DNA of 55,861 bases, filler included, from Platydemus manokwari (GCA_037951405.1; 5 parts of 5 records of this genome joined end to end with filler, not necessarily neighbours in it); one strand, 5' to 3'; counted from the first letter of the whole stretch, positions 12,560 to 26,650 are shown. Numbers and translations: made by a program. Notes: generated from the letters alone by a model not told the origin.

Positions 12560-15250
12560 TAAACCCTTCTATTTTATTTTATCAAATTTAATTTTACCTT
12601 TACAAGTTGTTGGTAGAAAAATATATTTACTAAGTGTTATCAATTGTCAAGTTCCAAAAGTCATTTAAATTAAAATTTCATTCCATGAGAAATTAATTTT
12701 TAGATTACAACGAATCCCCTCTCCCAGATTGATATAATTCTTGACAATAATTTATCCTATTTAGATTTTGCTTAATAATATATATTGTTGGGATAATAAC
12801 ATCAACAACCCTAATTACAGGAGAATAATATTCCATTAATAATTATTTGTAATAGAAATAAAATAATTCAAATAACAATTAATAAATCGTTTATTCGAAA
12901 AAATAAAAAATTATTCTAAAAATAAAAATTAGAATTAAAAATGGCAATAAATAAATAAATAAATAATAGGAGATTAATCTAAAAATAGGAAATAAGAATT
13001 TTTAAAACAAAAATAGAAATAAGAAACGACAAAAATAAACCACAAAAAATAAATTAATAAAGGAAAGAGTATAAAAATCAAATAAAAATTGAAGACCAGA
13101 CACAATTTTCCTAATACAACGAACTTTTCAAAAATTCACCAATTCTGAAAGAAATCAATTTCCAAAGATAAAGCTAATTACTGTGTTCTAGGGAAGCAAT
13201 CTGTCAAGCAATTATATTTCATTCATAACCGATTCTGTGGATAAAGCAAATCACTGCTTACTCAGGAAACGATCTGTCGAATAATTATCTCTAGATCGAT
13301 TGTCGTGGATAAAGCGAATCACTGTTTGCTAAGGAAACGATCTGTCCAATAATTATCTCTAGATCGATTGTCGTGGATACAGCTAATTACGTGGAATAAG
13401 CTAATTACCAGCAAACTCACTGCAATCTATATAAAAGCCAGAAGATAAATAGAAAGAAAAAGAAGAAAAGAAGAAAACTAAATAAAACGAAATTGTTCAA
13501 CTCTGAGAATTGTCCTTGTTCAACTCCGAGAATAGTTCTTGTTCAACTCCGAGAATTGTCCTTTTTCAACTCCGAGAATTGTCATTTTTCAACAATACCA
13601 AGATAAGGGATTCCTAAAACTTAAAGGAAATAGTAAGACTTATTGTTAACTAATCCCTTATATAATTATAAGTTAACTTTGAACTTGAATACGAATTATT
13701 TTTATTCATTCTAAAGAATTATCTTTATTCCACATTTTATATCAACAAACTTGCATACGAATTATCTATTAACATCCAACTACAACTCTGTTCTGTTGTT
13801 CTGGTGGCCCTAAATTGACAATCTATTAATTAATCCATTCCAATTACACATTTAGTCTAGACTGAACCCAGTTCAAGTAGAGACTAAATTCATTAAAATT
13901 TAAAGTATCAAACAAATCGAGTCTAAGAGGTTACGGTTCCACGTAGGCCTAACCTCCAATAAATTAGTAACTTTAGGGCTCTTACCGGGAAACCTAAGAG
14001 ACCACATCTAAAATCACAAGCTCTATCTACATAGACTCAGTAAAATCTTTAAACCATAATTAAGAGTAAATTGAGAAATAGATTGTAATTTATTATTTGA
14101 ATATATATTTCTAAAAAACTCGTTGTTTTCATAGCATAGTTATACACAGCACCTTTGGAGTCAGGTGTTACAAAAACAGCTACGAACAATAATAAACGCA
14201 TAAGTTGGGATAGAATAGACTCGCATTAAACTCAGATATTAAAACTTATAAACCCCAACATACTTAACATAACAAGATATCGATTTATATAATACCCGAG
14301 GTTGAGTAACAATAAAATACTATGGTAAAAGATCAACAATCGATAATAATATTGTTAAAATATAATGTAATTATAACACATAATATTACTTTAAGGTTAT
14401 AATGGAGCATTGTTTATGAAACAAGTTATTTATAGATGTTGTATTAAATATGCTCGCTTAAACAAATAAACATAACCAACATGGCATTTAAAAGTGTAAC
14501 TGGTGATCAGTTGTATCTATTAATGAAATAACAAAAATCAACAAAATAAGCTTTAATAGATGCTTTACCAAAAATCAAAAGAAGCATTAAATTTCTATGT
14601 TAAGAAATATGATAAGAGCAATTCTACAGAAACACCTTAGTGGATTAGAACCATTGATGATTGGTTGCACATTCTATTTCAGAATTTAGTATAAAAAGTG
14701 GTCAGTTTCGCTTCAACGGACTTCGAAAGTTTAGTACTTGTAATTGTATATTTTTTGCGTATTCAGAAGATGGATCTTTTATTTAAAGTATTTTTTTTAG
14801 TATTTAAAGAGACTTGGGAAAACAATTCAGAAGTAAATACATAAATGATGCCTGTTCGAAGTTTGAATTTATTGAAAATTTAGTTCCCCTTATCAATATC
14901 GGTCAAATGGATTATCGGAACAAATTATTTTAATTGTGAGACAGTTGATATGGAATGCAGTTCAACCACGAATTGGATTCTGTATCAATGGAATTGAGTA
15001 GATTACAACCATATTTTCCCATTTTGAAATATCTATAAGACACAAAATATTATCCGAGAGAATCACCGATAAATTCACATATTCTATAAAACCAAGGTGA
15101 ATTGAATGACTGAGAATGTGGGGAGTAACTTGTGTATAAAAATTCTAACTAAATGAATCTACTTAAAAATCTTTTTCTTTATAGATCATGTTCTGAAAAC
15201 AATCCATTTTTAAAATTAATTTATAACAAATTATTCATCTTAAGAAATGA
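12560..15250 (+). pseudogene. Decayed LRR-containing GPCR (GRL101/LGR-like), interrupted by the solo LTR
   Basis: Fragments in correct order: LRR 'NLSYLDFA' (~12748-12772), LRR 'INEITKINKISF' (~14520-14555), hinge/TM1 'ACSKFEFIENL...VKWIIG' (~14850-14920), ECL2-like 'GSNLCIK' (~15120). Many stops and frameshifts; boundaries approximate. Confidence 0.4.
12786..14260 (+). mobile_element. Solo LTR (1475 bp) with enhancer-like tandem repeats and TATA box
   Basis: Perfect TGTTGGG...CCCAACA inverted termini. Three to four ~68-72 nt repeats at 13167-13410, TATATAAAAG at 13428, four to five 22-23 nt repeats 'ttgttcaactccgagaattgtcc' at 13493-13592. TSD imperfect (tatat/tactt). Confidence 0.7.
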
Positions 15251-16467
15251 ATTATATCAGTTGTATTAATATTGTGACTCGATAAAGGAAGTCAATTAAT
15301 TCTAAATAATCAGTTAATCGTGGTCCACCATTTCAATGTATTTTGAGACCGTTTTTAAAGTCTCACCTTATAATCTAGCACTTGAATGACTTCATTTTTT
15401 TAAGGTAAAAATTAAAATAAATTTACAATATTAAATTGTAAAGTGAAAAAATTTCCATTCACAAAAATTCCTACCGTCAAATATCTAATTTGAACATGAA
15501 ATAAATTGATCAATAATAAATCCATAATTATTATTTAAATGATAAATTAAAATTCATATTATATTACGTATTATAACTGTAATCTCTCCTTCCGGGTTAG
15601 CAGTTTGGTAATTCTGATAAAATATTGAATAATATTCATGGATTTAAAATATCATACCAGTTGATAAATAAAACATTGTATGTTACAAACATAACAAAAA
15701 TTGAATTTTTATTTACTTAAATAGCTATTTTAAAAATAAACTTTTTCGAGTGTTTTCGTTATTTTGAAAATTTTCGCTGTTTTCATTTTTTATTCTGTTA
15801 CTGGATATAAAAGCAGATTAAATCTTAACTTTCGATAATTAACAAATGTTTTCAAATGAAAATTGAGGCTAGATTAAACGTTCTCACATAGATTCGTTAC
15901 TTAATTTAAAATAATATTTGATGTGAATAAAAATATCTTAGGTAATATTCTTTTCGAAATCATACTGGATAATAACAATCGAAATAAACCGAATAACAAT
16001 TATTCGATAATTATATTTGAATTCGAACATAGAGATTATAGAGTTTGTTTATTCAACGGTTACCTTCACAATCGGTACCTTCACAAAAATTATTTAAATT
16101 ATTCGCACATTAAAACAATACATGAAGATTTAATTATCGTTGCATTTGTTCTGTGTGCTATGAATAATCGAGTTACATTTCAATCAAAAATATAAAAGCG
16201 CATACATACAGTTTGGCCTTGATACATACAAACTTCGCCCGAGTGACTCATCGTCTGCCTACCACTGGATTATGTAATAACAGGCGACACTAATATTTCG
16301 TTTCGATCTACTTTATACTGATTGAGTTAATGCTCGTTGATTGGCTGAATCTGAGGTTAACCGTAGGTTGATTTACACTTTAAGATTCTCAGCTGAAGTA
16401 ATTTACTGCATTGGACAAATTTTCTGCAATTTCGTACCCAGTTTCGTTCTCATTGACATAGTATCTC

Positions 16468-17944
16468 ATGACGGAATCAAAGAATCTTATAACCCAGGTG
16501 GAACATTTAGGTAATAACCAACAAGGAAATGCAGTCATATCAAATCTTTCACAGACAATTCTCTGTAAACTTCTTCAAAATGGATCTATAATGAACGAAA
16601 CCAATAATTTAAACAAAATGACTCCACTGGATTCCACAGAAATGATTTCATCTATACCAATCAGATTAAAAGATGAACCGAAAAGTCCTACGAAAGGGAG
16701 TTCTACAGATAATATTGACACAGTGACTTCAAATATCACCTGTACTGCGAAAAACTCTGTAAAATCCCCAAACCAAGCACATACAAACACACTTTTAACT
16801 CCTTCATGCATTCATAAAGGAATTGTTGCCAAATATACTGCGTTATCTCCAAGTGAAGCTGTAAAGTTGAATCCAAAAAAGCGACTTCTCCAAAGACACT
16901 TATTAGAAAAAGGAAATGAATTTCAGGGCAAAACAGAAGACCAAACTCAAATTAAACTGTTGAAATCCACACAAGACCCAGAAGCTCCGTTTGGAAGAGG
17001 GAAGAATGGGAAACCTTTAACAAGTTAGATTGATTAATGATGTTAAATATAAGTAATACATTTTCAGGAAGTCCTTTTATACCGAGTTATATGGATCCAA
17101 ATTGTGGTCCATTTTTTTGTAAAGTATGTGGTTACAAAGCATCTGGTCTTCATTACAAAGTGATGGCATGCGAAGGATGCAAAGTTAGTCAAGAATGTTT
17201 ATATATAACATATACAAATATGATTATTTTGTAAATTATCTATCAAATAATGAGTAAATTCAAAAGATAAATTCAGCTGATTTCACTACAGAATAGTAGA
17301 CTTGATGCTCTTGAATGACCTTCGGCAACCAATGAAATAATGCCAATTCATAAATAATTTTCAAAGTAGAATATAATTGGTTGTCTAAATTATGTGGTCA
17401 GGTCATCAGGTATCCTCAAGGTCACTATTAGTAAACAATATTGTTGATCATATGGATCTTGTTTTTTTTATAAAAAATGATTAATTAAAAATAAATTACT
17501 TTGTAAAATTAGGGGTTCTTTCGAAGATCTGTACAAAAGAAACTCAAATATGTATGTAAAATGAATAATAACTGTCCAATCAACTCGGACAACCGCACCA
17601 AATGTCAGGAATGCCGATGGCAACTATGTTTGAAAGCTGGAATGGATGTAGAGTGTAAGTTAAGAATGTCGACAATATTAGAGGATTTATTGATTTCTAC
17701 AGCTGTGCTGGACGATAAGGAAAGAAAGGCAAAAAACGAACTCATTAAGGTGAATCGGCTGAAAAGAAAGCAGGCCGATTTGAACTCGTCTATATCACAA
17801 TTATCAAGTCAATTAGACAAATCATCATCTCAGGAATCTCTAGAAATTACTGCCAAAGATACATTAGATCCACAGAAAAAATTACTGTTGAAATTAATTG
17901 ATTCAATGACAGAAGCTTTTGAAAATGCTTTCAGTATAAAAGAG
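16468..17944 (+). CDS. THR: Thyroid hormone receptor (NR1A) homolog, 5' part: A/B domain, C4 zinc-finger DBD, hinge; exons 16468-17023, 17068-17183, 17513-17654, 17703-17944; LBD exons not found
   Basis: Spliced frame gives the TR N-terminal signature 'PFIPSYMDP', the DBD 'CKVCGYKASGLHYKVMACEGCK|GFFRRSVQKKLKYVC...CQECRWQLCLKAGM' and the TR-type hinge 'VLDDKERKAKNELIKVNR' (vertebrate TR: LVLDDSKRxAKRKLIEENR). GT-AG introns of 44, 329 and 48 nt. Start codon not certain. Confidence 0.9.
17316..17424. promoter_or_regulatory. Cluster of nuclear-receptor half-sites in TR intron 2
   Basis: TGACCT 17316-17321, TGGTCA 17395-17400, AGGTCA 17400-17405, AGGTAT 17408-17413, AGGTCA 17419-17424. Confidence 0.4.
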
Positions 17945-19235
17945 GTAATATTAATATATTCCAAACCTCCTGCTTCATAATGATAATTAAATATTAATCC
18001 AACAATTTATTACACAACATAGGCATCACATTTTCATTTCTTTCATTGATAGCTTTAAATAAGTTGATCAATTGCTCAATTTTAGTGTTGTATTTTACAA
18101 AATCTGCTCATTGCTATTGATAATTTCCACTCAAATGTTGGAATGATTAAAAAATTGTTGATTTTCTCAGACTATTAGTTTTCACGATTATTTGTATCAC
18201 ATTACGAATTGCACACCCGCATTGCTGTGTACATTTCTCGATGACGTAATAATTGTCAATTCTTTAGCATGCATCTGCTTTTCAAATCGATCGATATTTT
18301 TTGAAATGATCAATTTTTATATAATATATTATTTTATCCAAATCTCAATTAATTTACAAGATGGAATTGTGTATATATTTTAAATTCTATTTCTTTTTCA
18401 CCACATTTTATGTTCTAATCTATTTAACGGAGAAATTAGAACGATTTTTCATCAAGTTCTTGAATGGTTTCCAGTGGCACAAATCAAAGGAAACTTTAAT
18501 TGTAAATTAGATTGGATAAATTACTCGGTAATCAAATCAATTAACGCTAAAATCATGAAATATTGGATAAAAATTTTAATAAAATGAAAAAGAAATGAAT
18601 AAATTACCGATAATTTTTTTTTACTTTTTAATAATTTTTCTTCAACGGTTTTCTCTTTTAAATGATGAGTAAAATGTTCATTCTGAATCATTAATAAAAA
18701 AAATGTCACTACCTACGTAGTATTGTAATGAATGGTTAATAATACTGGCATAGCTGTGGGCATTGTGACTGGAAATCCCCAAATGACTGTGAACATTACA
18801 TCATCACAACATTCAGAAAAATAACAAGTCTTGGACATTAAATATTAATTTCGAAACAATAATACAAATTTAAAAACCCCGTTTGTGTTTTAATGATTAT
18901 AAAGTTATATTATTAAAATTAAATCAATCAAAACATGATATTAAAGAAAATATTTTGAAATTCTAATGTTATAAGATAATAATCAGACTAAAAATAAAAA
19001 TTTACAAAAAAACATGAATATTTTGCATATTTTGTCGAAATATTGATTTATTTCGGTCTTGTGGCTAAAATAATTTTTTGGAATCAAATATAGCATGGAC
19101 GTGTTATTTTCTGTACCAATCAATATAATTGGTTTTCTTGCTGATTTTCAGTTTTTGAATTTATATTTTCGAACTTGAAATAATATTATGTAGATAGTTA
19201 TACTAAATTTTTTATCACCCCTTAAATATGTAAAA

Positions 19236-19367
19236 TACAGTTGTATTAACTTAAATTTTAAAAAACCGCGTTATACGAGACCTTTTTTAAAAAAAGTCGC
19301 AAAATTTTTATTATTTTTATCCCTAACCGCGTTGTACAAGTACCGCGTTATACGAGAGTTACCTGTA
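19236..19367. mobile_element. pogo/Tigger-type MITE remnant (right terminus)
   Basis: Ends ...ccgcgttatacgagagttacctg-TA (reverse CAGGTAACTCTCGTATAACGCGG, a Tigger-like TIR followed by TA). Subterminal ccgcgttatacgaga is repeated. Left end unclear. Confidence 0.55.
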
Positions 19368-21801
19368 GTTTTTTAAAAGGCAAAATCGTAATTTGAATAT
19401 TCATGATATTTTATATAAACAAGAAAATATTAATAACTGAAAAGATAATTCATGAATTTTATTTATCATGATTGAAAAATTAAATGATGTGTTAAATATT
19501 GGAGCGGTAATTTAAAAATTCATTAGCAAAATAATCCGTACCTATTTTGTTCCTGTCTCAGTAATGATAATATAAAATTTCCATGACAATGGTTTCGATT
19601 TGTAAAATTGGATTTTTTCTATAAAATTTTCAGAATTTCATATCTTTTTTGTCTTCCGTGTAGATAGTGTTTCGAATTGATTTCAGATGCATTAGTATTG
19701 TTATTAAATACAATAATTATTTTTGAAATTAAGAATAATTGTTATTAATCATTGGTTTCATCTCTTAAAATATTTCAGTCAACTCATCATTCGAATGGGT
19801 TTTGTATTTGTTTTGTAAAACAGAATCAGTTCTAAACAAATATTTATAAACCCTAATTCTAATGATGAAATGTGAAAAATATTTTTCAGATATCTAATCA
19901 ATACATTTACCACGAATTCAAAAAGATAAATTAAAGATTGAAATTAAATCTTGATTTTTATTGCAAGTTCTCGGGAAGAATAATTAAAATTTGATCTTTA
20001 GATTTAGTAATATTTCAGTATAAATATCCTGGTTAGGGTAACTCGTGAATGATTTTTTCTTCTATTTTTTATAGTCAATGAGCCAATCGATTGATTTTGT
20101 GCGTTTTGTAATGGTTTGTTGTATCAAATAATCAAATAATTAGAAATTATTATTAATAAAATATAAGTATATATTAATTATAATATTCTTTTTTAAGAAT
20201 AAGCAACCCCTAATTTTGAATTATTTTTCAAAAAAATTATATTAGTTTGATATGTTTAATATTTCGATAATATCGCTTGACAATATTGGCAAATATCACC
20301 TTCCTTAATACCAATGCTTGATTAATATAAACACGTCGGAAACCCAATCACTAATTATTATGTTTATTTATTTATTTCGTTTAATATCAATATATCGTCG
20401 GGTTGTTCTTGAATTTTTTCTTTTGAAAACAGGTTACGTTGAGACAACATTTTAAAGAACGGCCGACATATTTTTTATCATTTAATAACCAATCATACAT
20501 TTGTAATGTTGTTGTGCTGGTCTGTGTTTGAGTGTCGTTCGATTAAATTGACTACTCAATTTTTTATTGTTTGTTCGATTTGTATGTGTGTGTGTGTGCT
20601 TAATAAATATTTTGAAGATGATGTCTAATCTGATAGAGTATCCAAATTATAGAGTTCAAATTCTTGTTATCGTGTTAACTTTTCTAGTGAATGATGTCAT
20701 GTGAACATATGTATTAGAAAACTATATCGTATAAGTTTCATAGCTAACAATTTAGCTTTTCGTATATGAATACAATCAATTCAGCACCCCCTAAATTAAA
20801 TTAATTATGCAATTAATAATACTTTATTAAATGACCATTTTATGAGTAATCATTAATTATACATTTTCATTATCGATTTAATGACAATCTCTTCCGAAAT
20901 GCCTTTTTTTGTATTCGCTCCAATGCACAGAAAATAGTGCAACTATTCAAGAGACATTTTTAAAGCACTTGTCACAAATTTATAATATCTATAAAACGGG
21001 TAGATCGATCAGTTATAATAGTAAATGCTGTTTTAGTCTAAATAGTTGTTGTTGGCATTCATTAAAAATCATTTCGATGTCAGTGAATGAAAATGTTTGA
21101 CAAGAGGATTTGTAAATTATGTCGTTGTCACTGGTTCTTTTATTTGCGTTGTTTTAAATCAATGTAAAATAAATGAATAATACAATGCTGTATGTCGTGG
21201 TAACTATTCTCAAATATTCTCAAAAGTTGCTGAATTGATTATTTTAATAATTATGATCAGGATCTTTTGTTGTCATTTAAAATTATATTAATTATGTCAT
21301 TTATATCAATTATTCAGCCTATATTAAACCATTAATGTTATAATAATAATTATTAATAATATTGTTATTATTATCCTTATTTCTTTACTAATTTTTATCA
21401 GTAGGAGTATCAATTTTATTATCTATTAATATAATAATTATTATTTTTATTATTACCATTATTAACATAATAATAATTATTACTAGTATTATAATTTTTA
21501 AATTTATCATTATTTTTATTAATATTACTATCATGATTAATGTCATAAATATTCTAATTATTATCAGCAATATCATTATTATTATTATTATTATATCTTA
21601 AAAATGATATTAAATTTTGATAGTTGGTTTGATGTTAAAAAGATATTGGTAAAGGCATTTTGAAATCAAACCAATTAATGAGAGATTTGAAATAAATTCC
21701 GNNNNNNNNNNNNNNNNNNNNNNNNNNNNNNNNNNNNNNNNNNNNTTAATTAATTAANNNNNNNNNNNNNNNNNNNNNNNNNNNNNNNNNNNNNNNNNNN
21801 N

Positions 21802-24800
21802 GTTAGAATCAATCTTAATTTCATCAAAGTCGTATTCTTATAAATCAATTACTTTTCAAACAACAGTATGTAGTAAACATTTCATTATTTGAGATTTATC
21901 AATATTTCGATTCTTTGAAAATCCTCAAAAAATTTCATTAATTTTCTGATATTTCTTTATTTTTTATAATAACTGTTATGCAACAGCTACTTCACTTGAA
22001 ATTGAGGGTTCAACAATAGAAGTCATTATTACGATTTAGTTAACTTTTATTTAATACCAACAAATTAAACAATTTTTTAAAAAATTTAAATCCTTTACAA
22101 AAATCTTTCTCTAGAGAGCTTTAGCAACCAATCTTGATCAGGTATAGATAAAAATATTAAAATTATTTAATAATTACTTTTTATTAAATAATTTAATCAA
22201 ATTTCAAAATACTATTTTTTGATTTTGAAACTTATTATTAAATTATTAAAATTTTAATTAAAATTTTTTATTAAAATAATTATTTGAAATTATTATTAGT
22301 TAATTTAAATTTTCCTCACAATAACAAGTCTTTTTTAATTCAAAATTCTTTCAATTTTTATTATTTAAAAATATTACTCTTAATAATATAACTATAATAT
22401 AATTAAACATTTTATATTTAAAAACTCAAATAGTCACAGTGTTTTGATTATAACATGAGCTTGGTTTTAAAACTATGTTTGATCCTTATTAAACATCCAA
22501 AAAACTGAGATGTTAACTGAATTATACGAATAAATCAAATATCGCAATTTTATATGAAATTAAGTTATAAAATTTTGCTATGCGCGAAAATTCATTATTA
22601 TGAAAGTAGGTCAATGAACCCCGTTTCTAAACTTAAGCTAAAACTTCGTATTAACAGATTTTGCATAATCACTTGTGTTTTTTTTCTCTTAACATTTCAT
22701 TGAGACCAACCAGTTCAGAATTCCATTAATTGAGAAGGAAAGCTAATTATGATTATCTCATTTCTAATAATTTATTTCATCATACTCTATTATCGATTTT
22801 AGGATAAAAATGCTTATCATAAAAACCTTCCTAATTAAAGATTCTAAAGTACACTAAGTGATAATCATCAGAGTTAATTTTAATTGATGATTATTTTTGC
22901 TTTATATTTATTTGATGACTTGCTAAAATAATTTAATTCTGTCAGTAATTTCAATTTCTTCACTTGATTAATTAACCCATGATATAATCTAGTAAAATTC
23001 CATTTTCTAGTTTCTGTTTACAAAATGGAAAATTTCCTATTTTATTACAAATTCATATTCACACACTCTCATATAAATCCATCGAGAGTTCCCAATGAAC
23101 GCTGACATTATTACCAATCCTAAAATAAGCCCATAAGATGAAGTTAAATTCTGATCAGTTTTAGATTTCAAATCGAAAACAATTTATTTTTCTCAAAAAA
23201 ATTTCACATGATAAAGGATTAAATCGATTCAATTTCTCAGTTTGAATTCATGTAGGGTTTTTTTATCCAGTATTTAAACTAATTTTATAGAAGATTCTTC
23301 GAGCTTTTAGTTTTCATATTCCAATTTTAATATAATAGTTCGGTGCTAGTCTGCAATTGGGATTAATTTCTCCTTGGAAAATCTATTTTTGAAATCCTTA
23401 AAAACAATAGTTTAGTATTCACCGAGCGTTGTTAATATTTTTTTCGAGTCTATCAGATTTAAAAATCATGAATGACTTTTAAGACAAGGATTAATCTTAA
23501 AAATAGAATTACCTATTAGGAGATTTATATTAATAGAAAATAGCTTATTAAAAAACTATATATAAAACAATGTAAATGTTTGGTAGATACGGAATACTAT
23601 TTATCTGATAGAGAAATAAGTCAGGAAAGAATATTAAGTAACATGCTAAAGTGAATGAGCAGACTGACACCAGTATTCTATCATTCCTGAAATCATTCAA
23701 GTAATTACTGTAAATATCTAACAATAATACGTTTTCCTTTAAAACCTATCCAATTTCTTACCTCTTGTAAATTTATTATCTTTATTCGATATATTCGTTT
23801 TACTTATAATTCTTAGAGATGGTGTCCTTTATTTCATATTTTAACATACTATAGACTGGGTGTATATTGTTTCGACCGTATAATAGAATATCATTATTAA
23901 AGGCCTAAAAATGAGAGTAAAACTCCTGGAGAATTAGCTCACAAGCGTTTGTTAAAGCTGGTGATTGTTATTAATAATTCCTGTGTTAATCTATTCTAAA
24001 AGTTTTTTCCATGCTTCGGCCTTTGAGTGTTTTTAAGTTAAATAAAACATACGGTTCGATAACTAAAATCCACCTAGTGATTTTAAACTCAAATCAATAA
24101 CTTGATTCCCTATTTTAGTTGCAGAAATTTTAGAATATGCTAATAGTGAATCAAGATCCAATTACCACATGTGCCAACTTGCTAATTGGTGAGTGATGAC
24201 TGCAGGTTTGAATCAATCAATAAGCGAATTATCAACTGATGGGTTATTGATCCTGCACGATAGAGATGAATATGAATAATTAAGAAATCGGCATGTTAGA
24301 ATTATTTGAACCGAACCATCCAAAATGTTTCTCGAGAATAGCAAAAAATATCCATTGAGAAGTCTATATCAAGATCTTGGTTGCTTCAATCAATTTCTTT
24401 TGATGATCAAATGTCAGAGCTTACAAACAACCGATATTGCTATGAGAGCCAACCTTTTGATATCTTTAATTAAGCATCTGACTAAAAATATGAGATTTCA
24501 CTCTGTAAGAATTTTCTCTAACTGAATCAGATTGAAATTTTTCCTGACTTGGATTGAATTTCAATTGAGCTCATAATAATATAATATGAAATATCTTTTT
24601 AAAATATAATGTGATCTTGCTATTATTTTATATTTTTTCCACTTATTTCATTTCATAACATTTCGCTTGATATCTTTCGAGTTTACTTTCAGCTGTTTAG
24701 AAAAATAACTTTTCATTCTCCAACCCGAAGATGCATTAAACGTGATTTCCTTCAATTTTATGAAAATAAAATTATCAATTGAGAATATTAACAAAATCAT

Positions 24801-26650
24801 CTTGAAATGTCACCAATTAACAGAGTCTTTTCTAGTCTCTTGTTTTAGATTTTGCCAGTGCTATTGAAAAAAACCCTAAAATCTTACCCAAACAAACCAA
24901 TTTCGATAGAATAATGATCTCATTCATTTCTATAAATAAATAAAATGTATTCACAGAAAAATTGTGGCAGATTTTTTGAGGTATTTAATTTTTTCATTGT
25001 TTTCCCACTTATATTGAATTCAAGGAAAATATATCTCAAATTTGAATTATCTTCTCGATGATCTTGGCGAAAGCAGAAAATTTTCTTTCGCCATCACAAT
25101 CGGACTGATCAATATTTAGAAATAATTTTACATGCACGCTTTTTTATTAATTAGAAAAGTTTCATTCGACTATCAATTCCCATTAGTATTTTAAAAGTGT
25201 CTTCATGATTAATGTTTTTACTTCAAAAGCCATCGTTCCCTAATTAATCATTCTATGAAATGCCTTAAATATTACAACAAATATAATTTCTTTTTCTTCA
25301 ATAACCTCATCATTGCAACCTTCTAATCAATAAAAGCCGGAATTCAGTTGCTACTTAAAAATCTCCTTTCATTTATTTTTAACTAAAATTGTATCGATAA
25401 GTACGAAGAAAGTATTTACATGAAAACTCTCTCAAATTGTATTTCCATGTTGTTCCGTTATTAGATTTCACTAGCAACTATATACCACCTTATAATTACC
25501 AAAGATCAACTTCCTCAATTTCATTTCATTCGTTTATTTACAAATGATTCATAAAATGTCTTCCTTAAAAAATAATCTTTTGTTTCGAAAGTACGTGATT
25601 GAGATTTTTGTTTTCGAATTTATTTATTCAATGAATATTTAAATCACCATTTTAAATAGATAATATATTGATGTTAATAGATATAAATGATTGATTTAAT
25701 TTCTTTGAATATTTTGATTATTACTTTGGTGGTTTGAAGTTCTTATATTAGATTTTAATTCGTATATTATGAAACAGGATCAACTAACAGTTAAACATTT
25801 TAATTTACCTCAAATTCTGCGGGTATTCAACATTCTTTTTATCAATTATTAATTTGAACTCACAAAAATAAACCCTTTCGGCTTGATGGTTAATTAAATA
25901 GCAGCAAATAATTCCTTGACTAGCCATTCAGATTCAGAAAACTATGCTCCAATTTCATGTTATTTTTGTGACTTTTCAGAGTAGTTTTCAAGTAATAAGA
26001 TCTCAAGAACTACAGACTCAATCGAATTAATTAAAGCATTTAAAATCCTGGCTAAAGTTTAAAAAAGGGTCTTAAAATAAAATTTAAAATGTATTGAGTG
26101 CATTGCATAAATCTATATAGTTTATTTAATTATATTCTTTAAAGACATTTTGAATTTTTTATTCAAGAACTTAAGAAGAATTTTATTTGTTTGAAATAAA
26201 ATATTAAATAAAGTAGAGCTTCAAAATATCCTAAATTTTGATTATTTGAAAAAGGGATAAAAGTAAGTCGTATTGCAATTCATTGAAAATTAGCGATGAT
26301 CAATTTTTAAGCATTAGAAGCAACTTGAGATATACTCTCGATTTTTACAATTATTTTATAAAAATAACCAATGATATCATTAAATATGTCTGTAATTAAC
26401 TAAATCGATTTATAATTAAAAAAATTTAAATTTAAAAACCCAAATAATCATTTATAAGTGTTGTGATTAGAAAAGGAACTTGGTTTTAAATCTATGTTTT
26501 GTCACTATGAGACATCTTAAAAAATGAGATATTAACTGAATTATACGAATTAATCACACATCGCAACTACATACAAATTCATTATTACAAAAGTATGTCA
26601 AAGGACCCCTTTTCTTAAGTTCAGCTAAAATGCTCAATTGACATTTATTT
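21802..26650 (-). pseudogene. Decayed LRR / LRR-GPCR gene fragments (at least two copies)
   Basis: Diverged duplicate 22430-22650 vs 26455-26630 translating to an LRR C-cap 'NNEFVCSCDV*LIRII...C'; LRR 'FKKLFNLLVLNKS' (~22040-22080); TM2/TM3-like 'HADFLII...QVGTC..IGS' (~24150-24295). Heavily degraded; boundaries approximate. Confidence 0.35.

Noticed and set aside
13167-13592. Regularly spaced repeats resembling a CRISPR array
   Set aside because: Units are head-to-tail with no unique spacers, lie within a eukaryotic LTR, and there are no cas genes.
21388-21576. Hydrophobic Ile-rich ORFs (also 36011-36235, 50277-50525, 54961-55227)
   Set aside because: Products of (ATT/AAT)n low-complexity sequence, not credible membrane proteins.
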